Shown here: positions 13,100 through 26,856 of the stretch, one piece after another
How positions within the stretch are numbered: position 1 is the first letter of the stretch
How the letters are laid out: every line of letters begins with the position of its first letter
Assembly (NCBI GenBank): GCA_000320545.1
Contig: ADNK01000150.1
Location: forward strand, 1 to 64,000
Direction: 5' to 3'
DNA length: 64,000 nucleotides
From: Bigelowiella natans CCMP2755
Taxonomy: Eukaryota > Protista > Cercozoa
Translations under genes and position numbers: made by a program
Notes under the pieces: generated by a model
What the model was told of the DNA's origin: nothing
Seen by the model: only the letters and a program-made list of their open reading frames with translations
The model's database searches: none

Positions 13100-14911
13100 G
13101 TGTGTGTGTGTGCAAATGTTGCTACGTGCACACTCTGGCCATGCATGAACACAAATTTCTTGCACCTTGTGCATTGCTAAAGCACTGGTGCACAACAAAC
13201 CGTTCATCATCACGCTCATGAAATTGTCGCGCATTGATTGAAATGCTGTCATGTGAACTTTGACCAACGATTGGAGTCGTCCACGTTGCAGGCATCCGCG
13301 TTGCTTCCACACCCCATCACAGCTGAAAGTTGTTGCTCATTGAATAGAGCAACTGTTGCATTTTGCACAGGTTGCGTAGTTCTTCCACTGATGATGGTGC
13401 TGTCTGCGACACATCGTTCACACGTCGGCACTGACGAAGCGAACGAGTGAGTGAAGTGGTTCCATGGTCTGCTCATTGTAGCGCGTACCACTACGCGGGC
13501 ACAAGTCACGTGCGACAACAAAGGGGTTGTCGCGGATATAGAATATAGATAACGTAGATATTAATACAGCATAGGCACGTGGGTTCCGGCGGGACTCATG
13601 GCAGCACACCGGAAGTGTGCTGCCCCACGTGCGGCGGCATTCGCGAAAGCTTCGCGAATGATTACGCAGTGCACGATTTAATAAAAATATAATCTTTAAT
13701 AAAAATAAACACAACTCTTCAAAAGGAAGCAAACGTGCCTTTCCCCCCCCCTGCCTACTTGTGCACGTAGCGCCTCGGCCTGTGAACACCTTACGCGCAA
13801 CATCATCCATGCCCTCCCCAATCAAAAGCAACCAAAAAAATTGCGAGGGTTCGTTTCACATCCGCCGGCCACGAGCGGAGGCAACTTGAATGAATGAATG
13901 AACAAATGAGTGAATGAAGTTGTTCCAACACGCCAGCACGATTCGAAAGAAAAAAGACAATGTTGAAAAACAACGTCGAGAAGGATCATCAGACCGTCGA
14001 TTCCACACCGTCAATTCCGAGTGCATTATCCCGAGTTATCAGTATGTCGCAGAACCGAAATCGTGGTCATTTTCCTCACCTGTTATTTCACATAGCCGTT
14101 GAAGTATCTTGCTCTTGTTCGTTGGTAGTGGCCGTTGCTGCTCACAGGCAGTACACGTAGCAGCAGCAGAATTATCATCCTAATTTCACCTAAATTAAAC
14201 CTACGTTCGGCATCGGCGTCAGTGACTACGTGCAGCAACTGCGTACGTGCGTACTCTCTCTTACGTCTTCCTTTGACTACTGTGCTGTTGTACTGCACTG
14301 TACGAACAACTTAAAAGAGGAGGAGGAGCAGGAGGGGGATGCTATACTTACTACCCCCATTATCGATGACCACGAGCTTTGAATACCACCGGGGAACCGG
14401 TATCCCAGGTAAAATGTTTGGAGAACGGGATGTTTCTCCGACATTTCGCAGCTGTTCTCCTGCCGTCTTTGGCTCCTTACAACGATCTGATCTGGCAGAC
14501 TAATCCTGCCTTTTTTTTGCGAGTCCGCGCAACATCCGCCCCAAGTGCAAAAGTTCTCCAAAAGTTCTCTGTGTTCGAGTGAAAAGAGGGGCTGTTCTTC
14601 AAACGACAATCCTTCGGCTGCGTTTTTCTTCGTTATCGCCAAGCGCAGAGCGCCATTTTGAAGCATGACTTAAAATAACAACGACGATCGATCGATCTCG
14701 GGTATAGACAGCAGCACCAGGCAGAAGACAGATCGATCGACCCTCTCAAAGATAGGATCCTGCGGCAAGATTTGAGTCCCACCTACCAGTCCCACCCACC
14801 AAACAACCGACTCTCAGGGGCTTTTCGTTCGACCGATTCGAAAGCATACCTGAGACAGCTGGGAGAAACCTTCAATCCAGTGATTCGCTCCTCAGACATT
14901 AGAGTTCGAGA

Positions 14912-17293
14912 ATGGGGCAATGTGCGAGCAACGAGAGAGAGGTACGGCAGATTCAGTCTCTAAACAATATCCTCGAAAACAAGTCACAGGATACTGAATT
15001 TAACACGATGGCAAAGCTCGGATGCTCCGGATTGCAGAGCGGTCAGCATCCTGAGACCAAGAGGCCGAGGATTCGTACAGATGTCAGCTTGAGACATACA
15101 AGGAGAGCAGACGATGGAAATCGGCACCAGAAACTAATTCATTTGGATGACACGGTGCAATTTTATCGAACCTTACATATAGCAGAATAGTAACTGTGCG
15201 ATTTTCTCAGACTCTTCGCCGGAAGCGTTTAAGGAGCGTACCTGTTTCGAAAAGACATCTTTGGGATCCTCGGGAGCAGGGAGGAGCGGTCATTAGCGAG
15301 ATAACGGTGAAAATATAAAATGACATTTTTTCTATCCCAACGATGATGACAGCGACGTTATTAATATGACCTAGTCAGCCTTCTTCTAAACCATAAATTC
15401 ATCCAATCAGTTGCACCACACAAATGGAGCAACGCATAAATTTCGCAGTCATAGAAACTCGAGCTTAGGACATTGGGTGGATTTCAACGGTGCTCGACCT
15501 CTCTCTCTCTTCCTCTCTAATTGTTAAATTGCATGTTCTCGATATGACGGCAACATATCGTTTCTGATCGTCTCGCATGAATATGAGCAGAGATGGTGGA
15601 GCAGTGGACAATCGGGATCATAATCGACTCGCAATCCTCTGACTGGGAAAAGGTCAAGTAGGAGCAATCGTCACCAGATCATATCCTCTGACATTACTTA
15701 TGAGTGACCAAATCCATAATACCCTATACGCGTGTAGGTGGAAGTGCTTGTGTGGGACTCCGACACTGTTTCGACTGTCAAGGAGCTACTGGGCCGTCAA
15801 GGATACAATGCCTCAAATCCGGTAAGAAGGCTCTACCACTTGCGCAATATGTCGAGGAATAGCTGTAAATATATGGTCTATTCTGTTCAACGGAGGGTTA
15901 AGGCTTAATGTTTCTTACTGGTTCTTCAGCTGTATATCCGCTACGGGAATGAGATGGTGGAGCTGCCGAGAGACATGGTCCTTCGTAATTGCCCGGTTTG
16001 TCGAGAGATACAAGAGCACCTCCTTTCCACAGAGAACGCACCAACCCCCTCGAAACAGCAAAATTACACATTCTCAGCAGTATATCTTCTGTGCTAGAAA
16101 TATACGAGCGTCGTATTTCAACTTTGTATTGGAAAATTATTGACATGGTCCTTTGCAGGGAATGTACAAATCAAAAACTACAGTAGCATCATTAGACTCA
16201 ACCCTCTCAGCATCAACAGAGGAGTCGTCTTTGTTTCCTTTGGGCGAGGAAGAAGCAACCAAACCTCTTGATCACCAAGATTTGTACCCCAGCGACAACG
16301 ACAACAACAACAACGGCGACAACGATGGCAGAGATTCTCTACTACCTGCATCATCGAGATCATCAGCAAGCAATATTAGTTTCACATTAAATTCTGGCGG
16401 CCTCTTCTCATTAAGTATGTGATGATTTTAGTTGTGTGCTCCTATGGGTTGTGGTGCTAATTAGCCACAGATCTCGTTCACAGAAGTTTTTAACTTTGTC
16501 ATACAATATCGCAATAGATCAAAAACAATATCTTACTGATTTTGCTGTTAGATTTAATTCTTAAGTAAACATATAAGCATACACTTACACACACACACAC
16601 ACACACGCTCATGACATTCTGTTGTGCTACAGGTACCATGTCGCATGTTGCACCAGGGACGATCTTAAACTTGCGGAGGCAGTTGAGGAGCCCCAAGACA
16701 CGACAACGTTTCAAGAGAAGAAGAGAAGAAGAAGATCCAAATACATATTGCCGCCATCGAGATCTTTCTATGGTATTATCATCTGCTATACTCTATATTT
16801 CATTATCATGTCATCACGTTGTCGTTACTTAGGCGTTAGAGCCGGAAGTGGGGGCTTTCCCCTCATCATCTCTTTCCCAAACCACTGCAATAAGTCCCTT
16901 CTCTCCCTCCTTGACCCAGATTGACCTCCCAGCATCTGCCTTCGCAACAGCAGAACATGACGATGATGGTAATGGCGATGACCATGGTGGCGACGGCGAT
17001 AGTACTCGTGGCGATGGATTCTGTCACAGCATCAATTGCATCACTCTTATGCATGATACCCTCAAAGCTTCCTCCTCCCCCTCATACTCATCGTCGTCGT
17101 CGTCTCCGCTGCTACTATAATCTACCTCAACGCTATCGAGTTGTGGATACAGCACAAATGGCAAACGCTGAAGAGAGAGGGAAGATTAGGAGGAGAAGAT
17201 GCTGGAGGATATCCGAAAGAACCCACCAAAAGGGAGAACACTTCTCTGTCATCTTTGACTAGAATGTCGGGTGCAAATGGACCACATGCATAA
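14912..17293 (+). CDS. Hypothetical protein with MGxCxS acylation motif and an internal ubiquitin-like (beta-grasp) domain
   Basis: N-terminus MGQCAS. Phase-consistent exons at 15590-16070 give WTIGIIIDSQSSDWEKVEVLVWDSDTVSTVKELLGRQGYNASNPLYIRYGNEMVELPRDMVL. The 3' exons are uncertain. Confidence 0.45.
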
Positions 17294-18099
17294 AGAGGAA
17301 GGAGTAAGAGGAGCGAGTGCCAAATATTACAAGAAATAGCTTTCAGTTAAGCCCAGCAAAATACGACTTGATTCATTATGAGCAAAATATTCACCTGCAA
17401 TAATTTCTGGGAGTGACAGTTAAATGATGATCGGAGGCAGACTCTTAGATGCACTCTGACTACATAGTTGGTCTCCCGCTCTTCGAACTATTCATTATTT
17501 TCTCATTAATATCTTAACAGCATAGGCCTAAGCTAGCATGTAATAATCTTCGGTGCCTATCTTTTTATTTTAACTTGCGTCTTGCATCATCTCCTTTGCG
17601 TTTGACATCGATATCTATGGTATCGGTGTGCATGCATGACTGGATTCTTTCTGACATCATTTGTTTTGATTGTTCTGTGTTGCACTTGCGTGGCTACGCG
17701 CGGTGTGCAAGTCTTTGGTGGGATGAGCATTAAAGTGTTGTACGTAAAGTGCGTGCGACGTTTACGGTGTGCCAACATGTTACATGTGGAGGCGTTTGTT
17801 AGCAAGTAATGTAAGCTGTATCTGATATTCAAAGTGCAGAAGAATAACTGCAGACCTAGTAGAGTAATTTCGGTTGTGTACGTAGCATAGCAGGTGTAAT
17901 GGTAGTCACGTGGCATAATCTAGCGGTGTGCATCAAACAAGTACTTACGCATGTTGTGAGCAACATACATGCAGTACGTAGTGTTGATTTCCAAAAAAAG
18001 ACTTTTATTGCCAGTTACAAGTATTCGTATATGCACATCATGTGATAATATTTCGACAGACACAAATATAAAAGTTTATTCATATGTACCATCAAGCTA

Positions 18100-18330
18100 T
18101 CAGCGCAGTCAAAAAGTACAGCAGATAAACCTGCAAGTTGATTCTCACCAGAACGGTGGTCAAACAGGAATGCATCGGCAGTCTCTGTTGCCACACCAGT
18201 TGCGTGGCTCTTCACAAGCGCTGGCGTGTCGTTCACACCTTTTCCAACGAAAACTACAATTTTGTATGCTCGTTGCAAAACAGTGACTAAATGCAGATAG
18301 CTCCCCGCATTACATCTGGCGACTGCCACG
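18100..18330 (-). pseudogene. Degenerate P-type ATPase fragment (hinge/GDGxND region)
   Basis: VAVARC..YLHLVTVLQRAYKIVVFVGKGVNDTPALVKSHATGVATETADAFLFD resembles ARxSPxxKxxLVxxLQ..VAMxGDGxNDxPAL..A..GIA..AD. The essential Asp is Lys, the MG..GT segment is missing, and no other ATPase exons are nearby. Confidence 0.55.
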
Positions 18331-19159
18331 AGGTCAACAACCACCTGAATATGGAAGATGAGAAAGCGATTTCTTTTATTAAAAAATAAAAAATGCGCGA
18401 TGTTCGGGTGCATCGCCAGCTAAATTCTATACCACGATTGTCGTCGTCGTCATGTTGTCGTCACCGCCATCTTCATCATCATCATAATCGTAAGTATTGA
18501 CTTCAAACCTCGTTGGATGTCTTCTCCTCCCAGGCCTTTTTAATTGCGCTCGCGTCGACGACTCACAATTGTAGTTCCGATGCTTCGGAATGCTTCAGCA
18601 ACCGATGTTGTCGTTATCATCCTCGGAATGATTCTACCAGAAACAGAGGCCGTTCACTCCCTTTCCGACTGGCTCCGCCCGAAACCTGCGAAAAATCCTG
18701 GACAAAAAACGGTGCAGAAAATCCCCTTTAAAACAGCCAAGCTGGATACGAGCGACAGAATGAAAACCCAGGCTCCACATCACGCATTATCATTGTCGCA
18801 TTTAGAGTTCTCATCAGAGAAAATGATGATGAGACAAGTACTCGCAGATCGTACGAGATCCATCTGCCAGAAAAGTGGGAGGAATCGAGGAATCAAAATC
18901 CGGGACTCGCAGTTGTACGGTTAAGACGGAACTCCGGAGACTCTCCTCCTCCTGCTCCTCCTCGGGTAATATTCCGAATGAAATAGGTCTCGTAACAAAA
19001 TAACAACAACATCAACAACAAATAATATCATTTTACGAGCTGCAGAGATCTAGGCAAACCCACGCATAAAATTGGGCTAAAAGTTGGTTGGTTGTCCTCC
19101 TGGAAGAATCACAATCACAATGGCGCTGTTCCGCTGCTGACATCTGCTAGGGAGTGGAA

Positions 19160-19645
19160 ATGCGCAGGCCAACGAAGTCCGCTCTTTACCGTCGGGCAAC
19201 ACGGAGGTGGGCCGGAATTCTGGCGCTAATTTACTGCGGTTGTGGACTGTCTGCTGTCACAAGAGGTTTGCGTGCCAAAGAGACATGGAAGCGATTTGGG
19301 ATAACTACGACGACCGCTGCACAATGGCCACGTTATGGCTTGGGGAAATGGCGGATTAGAAATAATAGAGGAGGACAAACATTTGATAGGAGGGTCTATG
19401 GTGCTTTTTCGGCTTCGTCAACCAAATTTGGCCGTCCTCCTCCAGATGCTGGCAATGTAGCACACCACCCATATCTGATATCCGGCAACATCGTCTGTTT
19501 GCTCCTGTTTACATTTCCCCCACATACTGTTTCCTATTGTGCGCTGATGAAAAGGGGAGAGCAAAAAAGTGGAATAAAATTATGTCTTCCTCAAGTATAT
19601 AGTGCGGAGAGAAGTAGGGATAGGATGGATGGATGGACAAGCGAG

Positions 19646-19685
<40 letters not shown>

Positions 19686-21418
19686 GAGTTGAGTGCAGGG
19701 AGTGAAAGCGAGATAGTACTGGTAATACAATGAAGCTAAATACCGTCTATATACCTCCTGTTCTCGTACTCTCAGCGCACAGGTGTATTATTATCTCCAA
19801 GACGTCAGCCGATGGCAGGAGTTTCGGGATCTCAGCGATTTCCCTCTCGGAGGAGAGAAAATGTACCAGCCTTAACGAATGAGGCGACACGAAAACCTGG
19901 CTCTTTTCGGTTCAATCGATACCCTACAGATGCTTCATCGTCATCTCCTACATCCTCCTCCTCCAACGCATCCCCCCCTCAGAGCCCCGCCAACCAACAC
20001 ACAAGCAATAGTAGGAGCAACAACGCAGTAGGTTCCTCCGGTGACGGCCATGTTGGACGAATTCCACCCAATGGTCCCCCAACCGAATTTCGCTTCAAAT
20101 CCTATCCAACTCCAGCCCAAAGCTCCCGGCAGCAGCTTCCAGGTAGTTCCTATGGTAGTACCTCACTTCAATCAGCAGCTGATGTGTGCATCTTTCGTTC
20201 GTATGGTAGAGTAGTGGTGTCAATGAAAATATTGTAAATGCTATCAGCTATCGAAAGTTCATCTTGCCATGCTATATCGGTGTCGGTGTATGGCCATTTT
20301 ACATCTTCCTTTTTTACTGATAGGCCCTGCGACAGAAGTAGCAGCCTCATTCGGGGCTGTTGCTGCTTCTTCGACATCGCAGCTTCCACCGGCACCACCA
20401 CCACCACCAAGGGACCAGCAACAGCAACTGTCTCTTGACGCAAAGACTCCCATTCGTGAGCGAGAGAATGACGATGTTGTTTCACAATCGGTCTCCGTCG
20501 GCTCTTTCGCATCTGAAAACAGTCACGGCGACATGGAGGCTAAGAGCGCTCCTTTGTCAAGTCGTGCAGCTGAAGCCGCCGTTGCACCATCATCACATTC
20601 ATCATCATCTTCATCATCAACATCAACAACAACAACAACTACATCGGCATCCGCGTCATTGGCAGCAGCTAGGGCAGCGCCTGAAGGAGTCACTGTGGTG
20701 TCGAACCTGAAGCAACTGCGACATGCGCTCAAAGTCCTGTGCGAGAACCCAGACAAGATTCATGCCTGTGATACGGAAGTGGCGGACATTGACCTGAAGA
20801 AGGTAGGGCCTGTCGGCAATGGCAAGGTCATATGCGTCAGCATCTACAGCGGCCCGGACGTTGACTTCGGGGGGGGGGCCGGCAAGGCACTTTGGGTGGA
20901 CACCATGGGGAAGAACGAGGTGCTCCTGGAGGAGATGAAGGGGTGGTTTGAGGACCCCCGCTACAAGAAGGTTTGGCATAACTACGGATTCGATCGGCAC
21001 GTGCTGTACAATATGGGTGTGGATGCCCGAGGATTCTTCGGCGATACGATGCACATGGCACGCCTTTGGGACACGAGCCGTGAGAAGCGCCTCTCAGCCA
21101 AACTCACCACGTCCATGCAAAAAGAGCAACCGCACCAGCAGCAGCAGCAGCACCCGGTGCCTTCCCAAAATAATGAATACGGAATCGGCAATGCTTATCA
21201 CAGTAACGACGAGCATTTTGAGGCAGAGACCCCGCCCTCAACCGAGGAATCAACGGCCAGTGGGGATGCCAGCTCCCCCTCCTCTTCCTCCTCGTCGCCG
21301 CCCCCATCGTCGTTCGGTAAGGGGTATAGCCTGGAGGCCTTGACAATGGATCTTGTTGGAAGGAGGAAGGTTGGTTTCAGTAAGTCTAGTATAGTAATAG
21401 GAGTATTATTATTATGAT

Positions 21419-21451
<33 letters not shown>

Positions 21452-21703
21452 AGAGGAAGAAGAAGAAGAAGAAGAAGACAGACAGACAGAAGAAGGCATG
21501 AGAGGAGTAGTAGCCACAGCAGGACAGTTAAAATCATCACCGATGTGTTTGGAGCGATATTACTCTGGACTGTTGCAAATTCACGATCAACATTACTAAT
21601 ATGATCTATTTCGTCGCAAAATTTCCTGCTCCTCCTTTACTATGATAGATTCCCATGATCGAGATCTTTGGCATCCCCAAGTGATAACCATCACTCATAT
21701 CAC

Positions 21704-21735
<32 letters not shown>

Positions 21736-21870
21736 CGATGATGATGGTATATGGTAGTAGCGGATGATGACGATAGAAATAGTATGAAACAACAAGCACA
21801 ACGAAGAGTTGGCGATGAAGCTCCACAATTGGACACTACTCCAACGATATATACATGCGAAAAAAGAACA

Positions 21871-21907
<37 letters not shown>

Positions 21908-22639
21908 CGCAATCGTTGCTGTTCAACATATACTTACTACATATCTCTATGGTTGTTTTAACGGGGATTAGATTGAAGAAAGACGGCACGCCAGGTCTTC
22001 CCCCTTTCCCACTTACCACTTCCCCCCCCCCCCCCCCCTCTCTCTTGCTCTCTGTGTGCATGTGGGTGAGTGTTTGATATATTGTCACAATCGCGGGGCT
22101 GCAATGGGATGATTTCGATTCATCATCATCATCATCGTCATCATCATCATCATCATTATGTGCAGGTAAAATACTGGAGCTCCCCGCTGTGGAGGAGTTG
22201 CAGAGTAACCCGAATACCAGCGCGCAGTGGATCGAGTACAGCGCGTATGATGCGGAGGGCACATGGCTGCTGCACAGAGAACTCACGACAAAGCTCCTTG
22301 CCATGCCTTGGGAGAAAGGTGCCAGTAGCAGTAGTAGGAGTAGTAGTAATAGTACTTTAACAAACAGGTATGCATTGATGTTTTCTTTCCTCCTCCTCCT
22401 CTTCCTTTGTCTTTTTTTCTTTCTTTCTCTCTGAAGGACTGACGATGTACGACTTCTACACGAGTTATTTGGTTCCTTTCGGCGAGTTGCTGACGGATAT
22501 GGAGAGAAACGGGTAGGTGTGGTGTGCTGTGAGGAGAGGAGGAGGAATGATATGTTAGAAGAAGAAGAAGGAGGAGGAGGAGGAGGAGGGAAGGAGCAGA
22601 AGGATACGTGATACTATATACTGCAATAGTAGTACATAC

Positions 22640-22679
<40 letters not shown>

Positions 22680-23362
22680 GGTACTACGAATGAGGAGGCT
22701 GTGTAGCCTCTGCTGTCTGTAGCCAAGAGATGATAGTAGTAGTAGTAGTAGACACCACCCTTCTTCTTGTCGGAAGAAGAGAGCACAACAAATTCGTCAT
22801 TGTTGATGAAGGCCTAGACAGAACGATAATGCTAGCGTTGTTGTTGCTGCTATTGCTATTGATTGGCGGAGATGGTGATGAGGCCTCTTCTTTTCCTTCT
22901 CATTCTTCTTTGAAAAGGAGGGCTATGCTGACTCTGCTGTTGTTAAATCATAGTTGTGGTCTTCGTGTTGTTGTTGTTGTTGTTGTTATGCTCTACAAGC
23001 ATTTATGTTGACACGTCGTTCCTGTTGTTGTTATGCTCTACAAGCATTTATGTTGACACGTCGTTCCTCAAAGAGGCGGAGAAGACCGCCAGAGCCGAGA
23101 TCCAAAATGTAGCAGTAGCAGTAGTAGTAGTTGTAGTAACAATAACGTGTATTATCGTTTCTAGCCAATGCTATTACTAATTTCGCTCTCCGTCATGTGC
23201 AACACGTATACGGCTTTCATCTGATTGCCCCTAATTCGATTTGCAGTTTTCCTGATATTTGTACTTCTTCTTCCATCTCCTTTCGCATGCTGTGGGTGTC
23301 TCTTCTCACCTTTTGATCGTCTTCCTTGTGACCACCATCCTTGCAAGAATGCTTGCTACTGC

Positions 23363-23408
<46 letters not shown>

Positions 23409-23906
23409 GGCAGAGGAGACGTTTCACAAGTGGGCCGTGCGTATGGTAGTACATTAGAGATGTTACTTCATCATTATATTTCTTCATTTCCTTGAGACGG
23501 AATTTATGTCAGTATTTGATGAGAAACACGATGCCGCTTATTATGGCTTATGTTTCGTTATTATCGTCTCTGTGTGAGCATTCCTCCGTGAGTATTTTCT
23601 GCCACTACTATAACTACTACTGCTACCGCTGCTCGTACAATACTGAAATCCTCTCAACTGCCAACGTCGTTTGTCGCTCGCACCGATCATAAAGGGGAAA
23701 ATAATTGCTTATGCGTGTTCTTTCTACTGTATATTTTGACCCCATCCATGGTGCTACTACCCGTCCCTGTCCTCTACCTAACCGCAACAACAACAACAAC
23801 AACGGGCGAAGGTCGGAGATGTGGGATGGCTGCTTAACCCCCAAAGGTAGTAGGAAGCGCAAACAGATATAATAATGCGCGTAAACACCTGTGCATGTGT
23901 AAATAT

Positions 23907-23953
<47 letters not shown>

Positions 23954-25061
23954 TTTACATATATTGATCAGTGGCCCGCAGATCCAGACGCTGTTGTTTG
24001 GTGGTAGCTTTAACAGGTTTGTTCGGCTCCCCCTCCCCCACCCCCACCCACTCCAAGCATATACATAGTGCTGCTTTTCCTTTCCTCTCCCATTTTGACT
24101 CCTCTTCCTCCTCAGGAAAAGCAACAGCTACCTCCCTGAATGGCGTGAGTTTAAGATCCCCAACCCAGCTCTGAGCGGCAGCGGCAACAATAAGAACAAC
24201 GTCGAGGGCAGTAGTAGCTCCAGTTCCTCTACCTCACCTCTAATCCCTGAGGAGCTCGTGTTAAGGGCTACTGCAGAGGAGGCGAGAAAGTGTTTGAGAA
24301 CGTTCGGGCTGAAGCTGCAGGGTCATCATCACCATCATCATCACATATTAGCACCCTCATCATCCATCTATCTAGCAACCCCTATCAGCATTCATCTCCT
24401 CCTCCCTGTGGTTCTTCATCGTGCATGCTGGATACATGGTGTCTGGTGATATCAGGCAATAAGGAAGCAGTCCAGCAAAGGCTCTTGAGGGCTCTCACAG
24501 GTCTTCCTCGTGATTTCTTGTTGATAAAGATCAGTTCTCTCCTTTCTTCTTCTTCTGCTGTAACTACTTCTATTCCCCTTCTTTTGACAGGCTCTCTCAT
24601 GCAGGATGATCTGAAAAAGAAATCCAAAAGTAATCGCCCCCCCCCGCCTAAGAGCAGATACTAAAGAGAGGCAATCGCAGGATGCAGAAGGGGGGAGGGG
24701 GGGGGGGGGAGGGGGGGCAGAAGCACAAACACACCATGTGCAAATACATTCTCAATGACTACATCTGCTTGTTCTTCCCTTCGATTCTATTATAAGGCGA
24801 AAGGGACAACGAGTCAGTGGGAGAGGAGGAGGCTCTGCTTATGACAAAGTATACCCTAGACCCTGAAATCGAGGCAACCCTATCACAACGGTAGTTCGTA
24901 GCAATTGTTTCGAGTATGAGGCATGTTGCTGATGATGATGATGCTGATGATGATGATGCTGATGATGATGAGGAAGAGTGAAGGAAGGAGGAGGGAAATA
25001 AGGAGCCGACGGCGGAGAATGTGAAGAAGAAGACGACGATATACACACACATATGCAATCT

Positions 25062-25131
<70 letters not shown>

Positions 25132-25779
25132 TATGTGTGTAGAGTGTTCTCACTTGTTGGTATTGTTGATTGGATTTGAACGATGCATCGCAGAGATACT
25201 ACTGCCAAATTCATCAAAATAAACGTAACTGGGCTCGGCGTTCCCACGACGCAAACTACCGCCAAGGCATCGCAACCGTCCACACATCGCACACTATTTC
25301 ACACCGATAAATTGTCGAATGACTCTTGCGACTAATCCACCTCCCCCTCCCCTTCGTGTCGATCTTTATTCTCGTTCCCTTTTGGTCTAGGGGCTACCAG
25401 CGGTTGATGCCAACGCTCTCAAAGAGCTCTCAGGAGACCCTGTAGGATAGTCAGTCGCTGTCGTCACCTCATTCAAAGCATCATCAGCATCATCATCCAT
25501 ATCACTATCATGAACGAAAGAAAGCGCAGATCAATAATAAAGGGTGTTTATTGGGATCGATCAGGAGGAGGAATGGAAGAATGGCCGATTGTACGACTTC
25601 TTTGGCGGCGGCGAGGAGGTTGCTCCTAACGAAATCATTCTTACCCGATCCAATTATGGCAGAGATAACATGCATGCCAGCATCAACAACCGACAGCAAA
25701 GCAGCCATTCGATGACTGCAGTTGTCTTCTTCCTAGTGTTCTCATTCGTTCTCATATCATCCTCTTCTCGCCCCATAAC

Positions 25780-25810
<31 letters not shown>

Positions 25811-26454
25811 ACATGTAGGGTGTGGAGGCATGCAAAGCTATAGGTAGTGCTACCGGATGTGCGGAAGAGGAGAAGGAGAAGGAGAAGAGGGGGAGGGAAG
25901 GAGGCTAAATAACACAAATAGTCAATTCATTGACCACCCTTAACGCAACTTCCTCTCGATATTTTGCTTCTCTCAATTCTCTCTGCATCTCTTCTTCTCC
26001 TCCTCCTCCTCCTCTTCGCTCATCCCCACAGGCGCTTTAAGGAATGTTGGCACTGTCGGAGCTATGATCACGAACTTCCTAGTCCCCCTTCAGGTTGCCT
26101 GCTCGAGTGCCACACCCACGCACAAGCAAGCGCATCCACGCACAAGCAAGCACATCTCCTATTCCCCCCCTTAACTCCCTCATTTGATAGACTCTCGCGG
26201 ACAATGAGCAGCGAGTACACTGCAGCCTCAACCTCAATACAGAGACAGGCCGATTAAGTTCAAGGTCGGTGTCTGTCGCGGAATAATGCTGATTCACCCT
26301 CCCCCCCCCCTCCCAACATCGTAAACCTTCACTAGGGGTACGCGCGATATCTTTTTCCCTCTCTGAAAATAGATTCCCCCCCCTTACTACTTTCAGACGG
26401 CCAAACCTGCAGAATCAGCCTGCATTAGAGAAGGTAGCAGCAATGATGTGGCAC

Positions 26455-26504
<50 letters not shown>

Positions 26505-26795
26505 AAGTAGTAGTAGTAGTATCACACGAAGAGATCTAATAATAATATACACATAAGGACGTGTCTCTCACCACCTATCCGCCACCAAGCAAGTAGCAGC
26601 AGCAACATCGCAGTGCCGATGTCCGTAGATCTGGCGATTGTTGATGGTTTTGCTGGTGCTGCTGTTTGTGCTGTTACTGCTCTTGCTGATTTTAAGGACC
26701 AATATAAAATCCGGGAGGCGTTTCGAGCTGAGGAGGGTAACACGTTAATTGTCGCCGACTATGGCCAGCTGGAGCTTCGGATCTTAGCCCATATC

Positions 26796-26856
<61 letters not shown>

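Noticed and set aside
13980-14666. Minus-strand ORF MLQNGALRLAITKK... as a small gene
   Set aside because: It is possible, but I could not build a consistent exon chain or recognise a motif, so it is left uncalled.
18513-18924. 126-aa plus-strand ORF upstream of POP
   Set aside because: No ATG-led model, splice support or motif.
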